A stretch of 64,000 bases of DNA from Caldisericia bacterium (GCA_026414995.1 JAOAHY010000004.1:12485-76484), one strand, 5' to 3'; positions 8,980 to 19,417 are shown, counted from the first letter of the stretch. The notes: generated by a model not told the origin, from the letters alone. A program made the numbers and translations.

Positions 8980-10086
8980 TTACATTCCTTTAAAGGTTAA
9001 TTCTATTGCTGTATCTATAGATCTTTGTAATATTTCAGGCAGACCCTCAATTTTAACATTTAAAAACCCTCTTAAAATTAGTGAGATAGCGTCATCTTCT
9101 TTTATTCCTCTTGACATTAGATATTCAATTTCATCTTTAGCAATTTTTCCAACAATTGCTTCATGACTCATTTCAACATCTTTATTTTTAGAATATAATT
9201 CAGGAATTGTAATAATTTCTCCTAAATCTTTTAACATAATTCCGTTGCATTCCATATGTGCTTTAATATTCTTACCTTTTCCTATAAGTGACCCTTTTGA
9301 AATTATTTTTCCACCATCACTTATAACTCTACTTATTATTTCACCACTTGTTTCGTCACCATTCAAGAAAATTTTTCCACCAATATCAAGATGTGTATCT
9401 TTATCAGCAAAAAGAATTGAAACAAGTTTTGCTTTTGCTCTTTTTCCTACTAAATAAATATTAGGTTCACTTTGAGTACTTCTGACTTTCTTTAATGAAA
9501 CATAATTTGAAATAAATATTCCATCTTCATCTACAAGTGCTGCACTTCTAGGTCTAACAATAACATTGGGTGCCCAATCATGAATCATAGTAAAAGAAAT
9601 TTTTGCGCCTTTTTTAACATAAAATTCTGTAACTGCAATATGGGAACCTCTATCTGAATATGTTGCAGCTGCGCAACCATTTATTAAGTTTAACTCAGAG
9701 TTCTCTTCTGCTATCACTATATTATGAACTATTTGTGAATAACCTATCTTCTTGATCAAAAAACATGTTTGAATTGGTAAATGAGTTTTAACATTTGGTA
9801 AAGTTCTAATAAAAAAACCAGATAAGCCTTTTTTTGCTACTAGTCTAGTATAAACATCTTTATCTTTATCTATTATTCTAAAAATATAATTATTAAGTTC
9901 AGGATACTTTTCTAATGCTTCTTTAAGTTGTAAAATTTCAACACCTTCTTGCTTCAAACTTATATTATATATACCTTTATCAATAAACAAAAATGATCCA
10001 ATTCTATTTTTTTCTTCTATATCTACTCCAACTTTAAGGAGTTTTTCTATATCTTCTTTTTTTAAATCTTCATCTATGTTATACAT
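8980..10086 (-). CDS. sufB: Fe-S cluster assembly protein, SufB/SufD family (minimal SufCB system)
   Basis: 368 aa SufBD-like beta-helix protein. Overlaps sufC by 13 nt. Confidence 0.7.
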   Translation of the reverse strand: MYNIDEDLKKEDIEKLLKVGVDIEEKNRIGSFLFIDKGIYNISLKQEGVEILQLKEALEKYPELNNYIFRIIDKDKDVYTRLVAKKGLSGFFIRTLPNVKTHLPIQTCFLIKKIGYSQIVHNIVIAEENSELNLINGCAAATYSDRGSHIAVTEFYVKKGAKISFTMIHDWAPNVIVRPRSAALVDEDGIFISNYVSLKKVRSTQSEPNIYLVGKRAKAKLVSILFADKDTHLDIGGKIFLNGDETSGEIISRVISDGGKIISKGSLIGKGKNIKAHMECNGIMLKDLGEIITIPELYSKNKDVEMSHEAIVGKIAKDEIEYLMSRGIKEDDAISLILRGFLNVKIEGLPEILQRSIDTAIELTFKGM

Positions 10087-10811
10087 CTTTCACAACCTTT
10101 AAATCCATTTTCTTTTATGTTTCTTAAAATTTCATTTGGATTTCCTTCACATAAAATTTTTCCATCATATAAAACATAACCTCTGTCAACTTCAACAAAT
10201 TCAAGAATACCACCTGTATGTGTTATTATTATTCCAGATTTTTTTCTATTAACAATATTTAAATCTTTTTGTAAAAGTTTATTTATTGTATCACCTATAA
10301 TTTTTATATTTTCAAGGTCAACTCCAGATTCTGGTTCATCAAAAATTATAAAATCTGGGTCTTGAGCAATAAGTTGAATAAGTTCAGATCTTTTTAATTC
10401 TCCACCTGAAAAACCTAAATTAATATCTCTTTCAAGAAGGTCATTTAATTTTAAAATATCAATGTAATTCTTATAATTACTGTTATTTGATATAATTTCA
10501 AGAATCTTTTTAAATTTAATTCCTTTTATCGAAGGAGGCTTTTGAAATAAAACTCCAATTCCTAACTTTGCTCTTTCATCAATTGAAAGATCGTTTAATA
10601 ATTTATCTTTAAATATTATTTCTCCTTTTTTTATTTTATAACCACTAAAACCAAGGATTGTTAAAATTAGAGTTGTTTTGCCACTACCATTTGGGCCAAA
10701 TATAGATATTGTATCACCTTCTTTAATTGTAAGGTTTATTCCTCTTAAAATCTCTTTACCATCAACTTCAACATAAAGATCATTTATTCTTAAAATTTCT
10801 CTTTTCTCCAT
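10074..10811 (-). CDS. sufC: Fe-S cluster assembly ATPase SufC
   Basis: Walker A GPNGSGKTT, ABC signature FSGGE and Walker B IIFDEPESGVD. 245 aa. Confidence 0.8.
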   Translation of the reverse strand: MEKREILRINDLYVEVDGKEILRGINLTIKEGDTISIFGPNGSGKTTLILTILGFSGYKIKKGEIIFKDKLLNDLSIDERAKLGIGVLFQKPPSIKGIKFKKILEIISNNSNYKNYIDILKLNDLLERDINLGFSGGELKRSELIQLIAQDPDFIIFDEPESGVDLENIKIIGDTINKLLQKDLNIVNRKKSGIIITHTGGILEFVEVDRGYVLYDGKILCEGNPNEILRNIKENGFKGCERCIT

Positions 10812-10827
10812 ATAAGACCTTTTTAAA

Positions 10828-10872
10828 TTATAACACTAATATTATAATTGATATAATTTAACAAAAACAAGA
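10828..10872 (+). promoter_or_regulatory. Candidate divergent promoter region (sufCB on - / proAC on +); extended -10 TGaTATAAT
   Basis: ttgatataatt lies ~25 nt upstream of the proA ATG. The -35 is weak. By eye only. Confidence 0.3.
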
Positions 10873-10880
10873 GGTGTGTC

Positions 10881-12128
10881 ATGCTTGAAGTTGAAGAGAA
10901 AGCAAAAAAAGCATTTTTATCGAAAATAAAATTGGGTGAGTTAAGTAGTGAAATAAAAAATCATGTATTAAATATTATGGCTGATAAATTAATTCAAAAT
11001 ATTGAAAAAATTTTATATGAAAATAAAAAAGATATTTTAAATGGAGAAAAAAATGGTCTTTCGAAATCTTTGCTTGATAGATTATTGCTTAATGAAAAAA
11101 GGATTTTAGATATGGCACAAGGCATTAAAAATTTAGTATCACTTCCAGATCCAGTTGGTGAAATTGTAGAAGGAACTACAAGGCCAAATGGATTAATAAT
11201 TTTAAAAAAAAGGATCCCAATAGGTGTTGTTGGAATGATTTATGAAGCTAGACCAAATGTTACAGTTGACGCAATTTCTATTTGTTTAAAAAGTGGAAAT
11301 GCAGTTATCTTAAGAGGAGGTAGTGAAGCAATTAATTCTAATCTTATCCTTTATAAAATTTTAAGCGATGTTGCTTATAAAAATGGAATTCCTGATGGAG
11401 CTATTCAAATGATTGAAAATACAGATAGAAAAGAAGTAGAAGCAATGTTTAATTTAATTGAATATATTGATGTAATTATACCAAGGGGAAATAAGAATTT
11501 TATAGATTTTGTTAAAAGAAATTCAAAAGTTCCAGTTATTGAAACAGGAGCAGGTGTTGTTCACATATATATTGATAAAGAATTTGACTTAGAAATAGCT
11601 AAAAAAATATTAGTAAATGCAAAGGTTCAAAAGCCATCTGTTTGTAACGCAGTTGAAAAACTTTTAATTCATAAAGATATTCCAAAAGAATATGTAATTG
11701 AAATTTTAGATGAATTAAAGAATAATAATGTTGAAATTATTGGAGATAAATATATAAATTCAATTTATAAAGATTCAAAACCTGCAACTACAGAAGATTG
11801 GGATTTAGAATATCTTGATTTAAAAATAACAGTGGGTATTGTTAAAGATATTGATGAAGCAATAGAACACATAAATAAACATAGCACACATCATTCTGAA
11901 GCAATAATATCAAATAATTATGAAAACATAATGAAATTTTTGAATTTAGTTGATTCTGCTTGTGTATATGCAAATGCATCAACAAGATTTTCAGATGGTG
12001 GCGAGTTTGGATTAGGTGCAGAAATTGGAATTTCTACACAAAAATTACATGCAAGAGGACCTATGGGTTTAAGAGAATTAACTTCAACAAAATATATTAT
12101 TTTAGGTTCAGGTCAGATAAGAAAATAA
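10881..12128 (+). CDS. proA: Gamma-glutamyl phosphate reductase
   Basis: 415 aa aldehyde-dehydrogenase-fold ProA with the GNAVILRGGSEA region. Confidence 0.8.
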   Translation: MLEVEEKAKKAFLSKIKLGELSSEIKNHVLNIMADKLIQNIEKILYENKKDILNGEKNGLSKSLLDRLLLNEKRILDMAQGIKNLVSLPDPVGEIVEGTTRPNGLIILKKRIPIGVVGMIYEARPNVTVDAISICLKSGNAVILRGGSEAINSNLILYKILSDVAYKNGIPDGAIQMIENTDRKEVEAMFNLIEYIDVIIPRGNKNFIDFVKRNSKVPVIETGAGVVHIYIDKEFDLEIAKKILVNAKVQKPSVCNAVEKLLIHKDIPKEYVIEILDELKNNNVEIIGDKYINSIYKDSKPATTEDWDLEYLDLKITVGIVKDIDEAIEHINKHSTHHSEAIISNNYENIMKFLNLVDSACVYANASTRFSDGGEFGLGAEIGISTQKLHARGPMGLRELTSTKYIILGSGQIRK

Positions 12129-12178
12129 TTGTTTATGCTAAACTTATATTGATTAAACCTTCTAAGGAGGTTAGAAAT

Positions 12179-12982
12179 ATGAAAATAAGTTTTTTTGGTG
12201 CAGGAAAAATGGGAGAAGCAATTTTATCAGGTTTAATTAACAAAGGTTTTAATAAAGAAGAAATATTTGTTTCTGAAATTGTTGAAGAAAGATTAAAATG
12301 CATAAAAGAAAAATATGGAATTAATGGTTCAAATAAAAGTTTAGATGCTTTTAACTTTGGTGACATTTTAATTTCTGCTGTTAAACCTCAAAACTTAAAA
12401 GATTTATCAGAGGAACTTAAAGAACAGGATTTTAAAGATAAAATTTTACTTTCTATAATGGCAGGTGTAAAAATAGAAAAATTATTAGAGTCATTTAAAG
12501 TAAAAAAAGTAGTAAGAACTATGCCTAATATAAATGCACAAATTGGTGAAGCTGTAACTCTATGGACAGATATTGGATTAAATGAAAGTGAAAGAGAATT
12601 TGTGAGAAAGATTTTATCATCATTTGGTGAAGAGATTTATGTTTTAAAAGAGGATCACATTGATATTGGAACATCAATTAGTGGTTCAGGTCCTGCTTAT
12701 GTTTTTTATTTTCTTGATGCTTTGATTGATGCAGGAGTTTATCTTGGTCTTTCAAGAGATGTTTCAGAAAAACTTTCAATTCAAACAATTTTAGGATCTA
12801 TTTTACTTAAAAAACAAACTCAAGAAGAAGCACATAAATTGATTCATATGGTAACATCCCCAGGTGGTACTACAATTGAAGCATTATATAAATTTGATGA
12901 GAATAGATTAAAATATACAATTATGAGTGGTGTTATTGAAGCATATAAAAAGAGTAAATTGCTTGGTGAAAGCAAAAAATAA
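12179..12982 (+). CDS. proC: Pyrroline-5-carboxylate reductase
   Basis: MKISFFGAGKMGEAI Rossmann N-terminus preceded by RBS aaggagg at 12164-12170. The ORF-track start at 11960 is an in-frame upstream extension that overlaps proA. Confidence 0.8.
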   Translation: MKISFFGAGKMGEAILSGLINKGFNKEEIFVSEIVEERLKCIKEKYGINGSNKSLDAFNFGDILISAVKPQNLKDLSEELKEQDFKDKILLSIMAGVKIEKLLESFKVKKVVRTMPNINAQIGEAVTLWTDIGLNESEREFVRKILSSFGEEIYVLKEDHIDIGTSISGSGPAYVFYFLDALIDAGVYLGLSRDVSEKLSIQTILGSILLKKQTQEEAHKLIHMVTSPGGTTIEALYKFDENRLKYTIMSGVIEAYKKSKLLGESKK

Positions 12983-13024
12983 CATTTATAAGTGATAATA
13001 GCAATTATGTTATAGGAGTTAATA

Positions 13025-13738
13025 ATGTATGAAAACATAAAAGTTAAAAAAGTTATTGAAAGAAATATCAAAGAATGGGATGGTAAAGGTGCTACAATTT
13101 TATATCTTGGTGGATGCAATTTTAGATGTCCTTATTGCAATCAGAGGGATTTAGTTTTAAATCCATCTTTACTTCCTGATATACCTTATGAAGAGATAAG
13201 AAATTTTTTATTGAGTAATAGAAAATGGATTGAAGTTGTGGTTATTAATGGTGGTGAGCCTTTTTTAAATCCTTCTCTTTTACCCTTACTTCAAGATTTA
13301 AAGAAATTAGGCTTTTTAACAAAAGTATTAACTAATGGTTCAAATGAAGCATTAATTAGAAAATTACTTCCAACAAAATTAATTGATTTACTTTCTATTG
13401 ATATTAAAGCTCCAATAAATGAATCAAAATACAAAGAAGTTGCGAAAGTAAGTATTGATTTAAGAAATATTAAAAATTTGTTACTTTTTTTAAAAAATAG
13501 TTCTTTTGATTATGAAATTTCAGTAACTCCTCATCCATCAACTATGAGCGAGGAAGATTTTGAAGAGATTATTGACAATATTGGTAGTATAAAAAGATTT
13601 GTTATTAGAAAAATCGAAAAAGGTGATTTTTTAGATGAAAAAATTAAAAATATAGATACATATTCAGATGAATTTATCCATATGCTTTATTTAAAAGCAA
13701 AAAGATGTTTTAAAGATGCATTAGTAAGATTGATCTAA
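13025..13738 (+). CDS. Radical SAM protein, small activating-enzyme type (NrdG/PFL-activase-like)
   Basis: GGCNFRCPYCNQ (CxxxCxxC) followed by a GGEP motif. 237 aa. Confidence 0.6.
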   Translation: MYENIKVKKVIERNIKEWDGKGATILYLGGCNFRCPYCNQRDLVLNPSLLPDIPYEEIRNFLLSNRKWIEVVVINGGEPFLNPSLLPLLQDLKKLGFLTKVLTNGSNEALIRKLLPTKLIDLLSIDIKAPINESKYKEVAKVSIDLRNIKNLLLFLKNSSFDYEISVTPHPSTMSEEDFEEIIDNIGSIKRFVIRKIEKGDFLDEKIKNIDTYSDEFIHMLYLKAKRCFKDALVRLI

Positions 13739-13776
13739 AAATTGTAAATTTAAATTATATTTTAACTTTTAATAAT

Positions 13777-14367
13777 ATGAATGATTTATTAAAAAAAGAT
13801 TTAGATATTGAGAAATATATTAAATTAAATAGATATTCAGAATTACTATTGAATTCACCAAAGAAAATTCCCATTATGTGTGAATTGAATTTAGATAAAA
13901 TTTATAAAAAATATATTGAAGAGTCATTTTACTATATAGATTATATAAATGATGGAGAAAAAGTTTTAGATTTAGGAAGTGGCGCTGGTTTCCCTGGGAT
14001 ACCTTTATCAATTATTCTTGAAAATTCTGATTTTTATTTAATTGATAGAAAACAAAATGTTTGTAAATTTTTAAATTATATAAAAGAAAATCTTAATTTA
14101 AATAATGTTTATATTTTAAACTTAAGAGCAGAAGAATTAAAAAAAGAAAAATTAAAGTTTAACAAAGTAGTTGCAAGAGCATTTAATAGAATAAATTATA
14201 TTTTAGATCTTATAGATGAAATAATATATAAAAATGGATTAGTGATTCTTGGAAAAGGAAGAAATTTAGACAATGAAATTAACTCTCAAATTAACAAAAA
14301 TTTTATGTTATATAAAAAAATAAAAACATATTTTGGTTATATTGTTGTTTATAAGAAAATTAATTAA
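13777..14367 (+). CDS. rsmG: 16S rRNA (guanine527-N7)-methyltransferase RsmG (GidB)
   Basis: LDLGSGAGFPGIPL SAM-binding motif. 196 aa. Confidence 0.75.
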   Translation: MNDLLKKDLDIEKYIKLNRYSELLLNSPKKIPIMCELNLDKIYKKYIEESFYYIDYINDGEKVLDLGSGAGFPGIPLSIILENSDFYLIDRKQNVCKFLNYIKENLNLNNVYILNLRAEELKKEKLKFNKVVARAFNRINYILDLIDEIIYKNGLVILGKGRNLDNEINSQINKNFMLYKKIKTYFGYIVVYKKIN

Positions 14368-14411
14368 ATATTATTGAAAAAAATTAAATTTAATATAAAA
14401 TAAAGAGAGGT

Positions 14412-14489
14412 CGGGGCGTGGCGCAGGTTGGCTAGCGCACCAGCATGGGGTGCTGGGGGCCACTGGTTCAAGTCCAGTCGCCCCGACCA
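14412..14489 (+). tRNA. tRNA-Pro (anticodon GGG), C1:G72, A73, CCA encoded
   Basis: Acceptor cggggcg/cgccccg. D-stem gcgc. Anticodon stem-loop ccagc-auGGGgu-gcugg. T-arm acugg-uucaagu-ccagu. Confidence 0.85.
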
Positions 14490-14511
14490 TTTTAATTTAA
14501 ATTACTAAAAA

Positions 14512-14588
14512 CGGGATATGGCCCAGTTTGGAAGGGCGCTTGGTTCGGGACCAAGAAGTCGTGGGTTCGAATCCCACTATCCCGACCA
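14512..14588 (+). tRNA. tRNA-Pro (anticodon CGG), C1:G72, A73, CCA encoded
   Basis: Acceptor cgggaua/uaucccg. Anticodon stem-loop cuugg-uuCGGga-ccaag. T-arm guggg-uucgaau-cccac. Confidence 0.85.
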
Positions 14589-14599
14589 GGAAGTGAAAA

Positions 14600-16036
14600 A
14601 TGGATAAAAGAATCCCTTTACTTTTTGCATTAAAAAATTATATTGATAAAAAAAGACCTGCATTTCATATGCCAGGTCACCACAGAGGAAAGGGTGTTCA
14701 TAAATTTTTAAAAGAACTCTGGGGTGAAAATATATTTTTATTTGATATTACAGAAGTTGAAGGTATGGATTACCTTCATAAACCAGAAGGTGTAATAAAA
14801 GAGGCACAAGAATTAGCAGCAAAGGCTTTCGGTGCAAAAAAAACTTTCTTTTTAATAAATGGAAGCACTGTAGGGAATCTTGTCATGCTTGTTTCAACAT
14901 TGAACCCAAAAGATAGTGTGATACTTCAAAGAAATTCCCACAGATCTATTATTGGTGGTCTCGCAGTTTTTGACTTAATTCCAGTATATATTCAATCTGA
15001 AATACATGAAACTACTGGTATTCCATGGGGTATTAAACCAGAAACATATGAAAAAGTTGTTAAAAATAATAATTCAAAAGTATCTTTTATAACTTCACCA
15101 AACTACTACGGAATGTGTGAAAATATTGAGGAGATATTAAAAATAGGTAGAAAGTATAATCAAACTATGCTTCTTGATGAAGCTCATGGTGTACACTTTC
15201 CTTTTAATTCAAAACTTCCAATTAGTGGAATAAAATTAGGATATGATATGATAGTTCAATCTGCTCATAAAACTCTTCCATCATTAACTCAAACTTCATT
15301 TTTACATATAAATGGAGAAAATATTGACATGGATAGAGTTTTTGATGCATTAACTTTTCTCGAGTCATCATCTCCAAGTTATCTTTTTATGACATCATTA
15401 GATGTTGTAAGATATCAAATGGAAACAGAAGGAGAGAAAATTTGGAATGAGGTTTTAGAGTTAGCAGAGTATACAAGAAATGAAATAAATAAAATAGATG
15501 GTTTGTACACTATTGGTAAAGAGATTCTTAATGATGGAATATATGATCTTGATTTAACAAAGATTACTGTTAATACAAAAAATATTGGTCTTACCGGATT
15601 TGAGGTTGAGGAAATTTTAAATAAAGAATATAATATAGAGATAGAACTCTCTGATTCAAATAATATACTTATATTTTTAACACCTGGAATAACTAAAGAT
15701 GAGATTGATGCTCTTATTTTAGCTTTGAAAGATATAGTTATGAAAAAAAGAAAAAAACCAATTGAAAATAATTTTGTTTTACCAGAAATACCACCTATGG
15801 CTGCAACTCCTAAAGAAGCGTTTTTAAGAGAAAAAGAAATTATTGAACTTACTAATGCAAAAGGAAGAATATCAGGAAAAATTGTTTCAGCATACCCTCC
15901 AGGTCTTCCAATTCTTGTTCCAGGTGAAATAATAACTGAAAATATTTTGAATTATTTATTAGATCTTAAATCACAAGGAGCTAATCTTCAAGGATTTATG
16001 GATAAAGATTATAACTTTATTAAAGTTTTAAAATAA
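14600..16036 (+). CDS. PLP-dependent Orn/Lys/Arg decarboxylase (SpeA/CadA 'major domain' family)
   Basis: 478 aa. SAHKTLPSLTQTS (the PLP lysine) and an N-terminal HMPGH motif. Confidence 0.75.
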   Translation: MDKRIPLLFALKNYIDKKRPAFHMPGHHRGKGVHKFLKELWGENIFLFDITEVEGMDYLHKPEGVIKEAQELAAKAFGAKKTFFLINGSTVGNLVMLVSTLNPKDSVILQRNSHRSIIGGLAVFDLIPVYIQSEIHETTGIPWGIKPETYEKVVKNNNSKVSFITSPNYYGMCENIEEILKIGRKYNQTMLLDEAHGVHFPFNSKLPISGIKLGYDMIVQSAHKTLPSLTQTSFLHINGENIDMDRVFDALTFLESSSPSYLFMTSLDVVRYQMETEGEKIWNEVLELAEYTRNEINKIDGLYTIGKEILNDGIYDLDLTKITVNTKNIGLTGFEVEEILNKEYNIEIELSDSNNILIFLTPGITKDEIDALILALKDIVMKKRKKPIENNFVLPEIPPMAATPKEAFLREKEIIELTNAKGRISGKIVSAYPPGLPILVPGEIITENILNYLLDLKSQGANLQGFMDKDYNFIKVLK

Positions 16037-16071
16037 TATATAATAATAAAGTTGGTTTTTTAGGAGGGTAT

Positions 16072-16383
16072 ATGGAGGTTGACTTTATACAAAAGATTTA
16101 TGAAAAAGAAAAGGAAATAGAAGATAGAATTGAGAAATTTAAAAAGGATTTAGAAGAAGAAAGAAAAAAGTTTATAAAAGAAAATGAAGAATATTTAAAA
16201 AAAGTAGAAGAAGAATTTTCAAAGAAACTAGAAGAAGAGTTATTAAATTTAGAAAAAGAGTATGAAGATAAATTAAATCAAAAAATTGAAACAATAAAAG
16301 AAGATTTCAAAAACAAAAAAGAAAAATTTGAAAAGAACTTTGAAAAAGCATTTGATTTTATTTTAGGGAGGATTCTAGAATAA
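16072..16383 (+). CDS. V/A-type ATPase small peripheral-stalk subunit (H/G-like, coiled coil)
   Basis: 103 aa, all E/K-rich heptads. First gene of the V-ATPase operon. Confidence 0.55.
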   Translation: MEVDFIQKIYEKEKEIEDRIEKFKKDLEEERKKFIKENEEYLKKVEEEFSKKLEEELLNLEKEYEDKLNQKIETIKEDFKNKKEKFEKNFEKAFDFILGRILE

Positions 16384-18333
16384 ATGGCAATAGATAGAAT
16401 GCTTGAAATTCATATCTTTTTGCCAAAAAAAGAATTTTCTAAATATTATCAATTTTTAAAACTCGAAGGCAAAGTTGAAATTGATGAAATCCAAAATATA
16501 AATGGTCTTTCATATTTTAAAGATAAAGATCCAGAAAAATATGATGAAATATTAAAACAAATTGAATTTTTAATACAAGAATTATCAAAATTTAAAAAGA
16601 AAGGTAATTTTATAAAAGATTTTATTCCAGAAAGAATTGAGTTAAGTTTTAGTGAACTTCAAAATTTAGTACACAATTTTGATATTAAAAAAGTTTATGA
16701 AAAAATACATAGTATAACAAAAAAAGAGGAAAAAATTAAAGATGAAATAAAAGATATAGAACATAAATTAAAAGTTCTTTCACCATATTATAACTTAAAT
16801 TTAAATATTGAAATTTTATCACTTATAAAAACTTTGAATTTAAAAATTGGTGAATTAAAAAAGGTAAATTTTAAAAAAATAGAAGAGAATAAAGAAAGAT
16901 GCGAGACAAGAATTATTTCAGAAGATAAAAATAATTTTTATATTTTAATTGGTTATAAAAGAGAAGATTTTGAATTTGAAAAATTACTCGAAAAATTGGA
17001 ATTCAAAGAATTAGAGATTAAGAATTTCAAAGGAAAACCTAAAGAAATTGTTGATATGTATAAAGATAAATTGATTTCATTAAATAAGACTCTTGAGGAT
17101 TTGGCTAAAGAAAAGAAAAAAGAATCTAACTCTATAAAAAAAATTGAAATAATAAGAGAGTATTACTTAGATAAAAAATATGAAGAAGAAACTAAATCAA
17201 AAATAGTTGAGTCAAAATTCTTAACCTATATATTCGGATATATTAGGGAAAAAGATTTTAATGAACTAAAAAATAAAACAAAAGAGAAATTTCAAAGAGT
17301 TTTAATATATGCTCAAGAACCAAAAAATATAGAAAAAGTTCCTGTTTCTCTTTCAAATAATAAATTTATTAAACCCTTTGAGATGCTTGTTAATATGTAT
17401 GGTTATCCTAAATATAGAGATTTTGATCCAACTCCTTTTTTAGCACCATTCTTTATTTTATTCTTTTCTCTTTGTTTTGGTGATGTAATATATGGATTGC
17501 TTCTAATACTAGGCTCTTTTTTTATAATTAAAAAATTTAATGTTCATGAAAAAGACAGGAATTTCTTTTATTTCTTTATAATTCTTGGTATATTTTCAAC
17601 TATTGTAGGAGTGTTAACAAATTCATATGCAGGTGATTTAATATCTTTTCCAAAACTTGCAATAATTGACCTTCTTGAGGAAAAACCAGGTGAAACTCCA
17701 GGTCTCATAAAAATGCTTATTTTTTCTCTTGCTGTTGGTTTTATAACACAAATTTTTGGTTTAATTTTAAAAGCATTAGATAATATCAGAAAAGGAAATA
17801 TATTAGATGCAATATTTGATCAATTTTCTTGGATTATTGCATTAATTGGAATTATTCTTTATATTGTTTTATCAAAAAATCCAATTTTATCTAAAATTGG
17901 TTTATATTTATTCATATCAGGAATTTTAATAATAGTATTAACTGGTGGAAGGAGTTCTAAAAAACTAACCGGAAAAATAATTGGTGGGATTGTTTCTTTA
18001 TATGGTATTGTGAGTTCATATGGTTTTTCTTCAGCATTAGGAGATATTCTTTCATATTCCAGATTACTTGCATTGGGATTTTCAACAACAGTCTTGGGAA
18101 TTCTTATAAACACAATCGCAAGGATGTTTTCAAAAGGAATTTTAGCACTGTTAATAATTCCATTAATTTTAGTATTAGGTCATGGATTAAATATATTTAT
18201 GGGTCTTTTGGGATCATTTGTTCATCCAACAAGGTTAATATTTTTAGAGTTTTTTGGGAGATTTTATGAAAATGGTGGAAAGAAATTTACACCATTTAAG
18301 TTTAAGAGTGAAAAAGTGATAATAAAAAACTAA
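16384..18333 (+). CDS. atpI: V/A-type ATPase subunit I (a-subunit)
   Basis: 649 aa with a hydrophilic N-terminal half and a polytopic C-terminal half. Operon position. Confidence 0.8.
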   Translation: MAIDRMLEIHIFLPKKEFSKYYQFLKLEGKVEIDEIQNINGLSYFKDKDPEKYDEILKQIEFLIQELSKFKKKGNFIKDFIPERIELSFSELQNLVHNFDIKKVYEKIHSITKKEEKIKDEIKDIEHKLKVLSPYYNLNLNIEILSLIKTLNLKIGELKKVNFKKIEENKERCETRIISEDKNNFYILIGYKREDFEFEKLLEKLEFKELEIKNFKGKPKEIVDMYKDKLISLNKTLEDLAKEKKKESNSIKKIEIIREYYLDKKYEEETKSKIVESKFLTYIFGYIREKDFNELKNKTKEKFQRVLIYAQEPKNIEKVPVSLSNNKFIKPFEMLVNMYGYPKYRDFDPTPFLAPFFILFFSLCFGDVIYGLLLILGSFFIIKKFNVHEKDRNFFYFFIILGIFSTIVGVLTNSYAGDLISFPKLAIIDLLEEKPGETPGLIKMLIFSLAVGFITQIFGLILKALDNIRKGNILDAIFDQFSWIIALIGIILYIVLSKNPILSKIGLYLFISGILIIVLTGGRSSKKLTGKIIGGIVSLYGIVSSYGFSSALGDILSYSRLLALGFSTTVLGILINTIARMFSKGILALLIIPLILVLGHGLNIFMGLLGSFVHPTRLIFLEFFGRFYENGGKKFTPFKFKSEKVIIKN

Positions 18334-18350
18334 AGAAAGGAGTGGTTAAT

Positions 18351-18833
18351 ATGTCAGAAGTTTATGGGTTAGTTTTTGCAATTTTAGGTATGGCCTCTGC
18401 GATTACATTAGCTGGAATTGGATCTGCAATTGGTATTGGAATTTCAACAATGCAAACTGCTGGTGTTCTCTCAGAAAAGCCTCATTTATATGGAAAACTT
18501 TTCGTTATTACTGCACTTCCAGGAACACAAGGTTTTTATGGTTTCATACAACTTTTCTGGATTGCAACAAGAATAGGTTTGTTTGGAGGAGTTCCTAAAA
18601 TACCAGTTAATACCGGAATGCAGCTATTTTTTGTAGGTCTTGGAATGGGTATGGTTCAACTTATTTCTGCGATTTGGCAAGGAAAAGTTTCTGCAGCATC
18701 AATTAATCTTGTTGCAGAAAAAGAAGAAGAGGCAGGTAGAGCAATAATTTTACCAGGTCTTGTTGAAATTTATGCAGTCATATCACTTATTGCAGCAATC
18801 TTAGTAACTCAGTTTATAACCCAAGGTCTATGA
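18351..18833 (+). CDS. atpK: V/A-type ATPase proteolipid subunit K (c-subunit, 4-TM duplicated hairpin) with an apparent Na+-binding signature
   Basis: GIGSAIGIGIST, LPGTQGFYGF, IWQGKVSAAS and GLVEIYAV closely resemble Enterococcus hirae NtpK as I recall it. Alternative start at 18342. Confidence 0.8.
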   Translation: MSEVYGLVFAILGMASAITLAGIGSAIGIGISTMQTAGVLSEKPHLYGKLFVITALPGTQGFYGFIQLFWIATRIGLFGGVPKIPVNTGMQLFFVGLGMGMVQLISAIWQGKVSAASINLVAEKEEEAGRAIILPGLVEIYAVISLIAAILVTQFITQGL

Positions 18834-19417
18834 ATATAGATGAATTAATTAAAGAAATTGAAATAGAGGGGGAAGAAGAGATAAAAAATTTAAATGAAAA
18901 ATTTAATCAAGAAATAGAAAAATTAAAAAAGGATTATGAAGAAAAAGTCAAGTTTATTCAATTAAAATGGAATGAGTTGATAGAAAAGGAAAAAACTTCT
19001 TTTAGAGAAAAGAAAGAACTAGATATTAAAAATAAAATAGAATTAATAATTCTAAATTTCAAAAATGAAATTTTAGAAAGTTTTAAGAGTTATTCATATC
19101 AGTTATTAGAGTCTCTTTCTGTAAAGAATTTAAGAGATTTTTATAAAAAAGAAATAATAAAAAATGTCGAATCATCAGATGTTGAGGTTCACTTCGATAA
19201 AAAGATAAAAGAGATTTTTAATGAAAATTTTAAAAAAGAGATTACAGAAGAAATAGAAAAGAGATTTCCAAATACCCATATAAAATTTATAGAAGATAAT
19301 GAAGTTTTTGTGAAAGGAAAAAGTTATATCTCAAAAATCTCTCTTGTTGATAAATTTAATGAAATTTTTAATGAGAATATTCTCAAAATTTCAAAAATTA
19401 TATTTGAAGAAACATGA
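18830..19417 (+). CDS. atpE: V/A-type ATPase subunit E
   Basis: 195 aa coiled-coil protein. ATGA overlap with atpK. Confidence 0.7.
   Translation: MNIDELIKEIEIEGEEEIKNLNEKFNQEIEKLKKDYEEKVKFIQLKWNELIEKEKTSFREKKELDIKNKIELIILNFKNEILESFKSYSYQLLESLSVKNLRDFYKKEIIKNVESSDVEVHFDKKIKEIFNENFKKEITEEIEKRFPNTHIKFIEDNEVFVKGKSYISKISLVDKFNEIFNENILKISKIIFEET

Noticed and set aside
11960-12178. N-terminal 73-codon extension of proC in the ORF track (MCICKCINKIF...)
   Set aside because: It overlaps the proA 3' end in another frame and is Cys/Trp/Arg-rich nonsense. The genuine start is ATG 12179, with aaggagg 9 nt upstream and a Rossmann GAGKMG motif immediately after.
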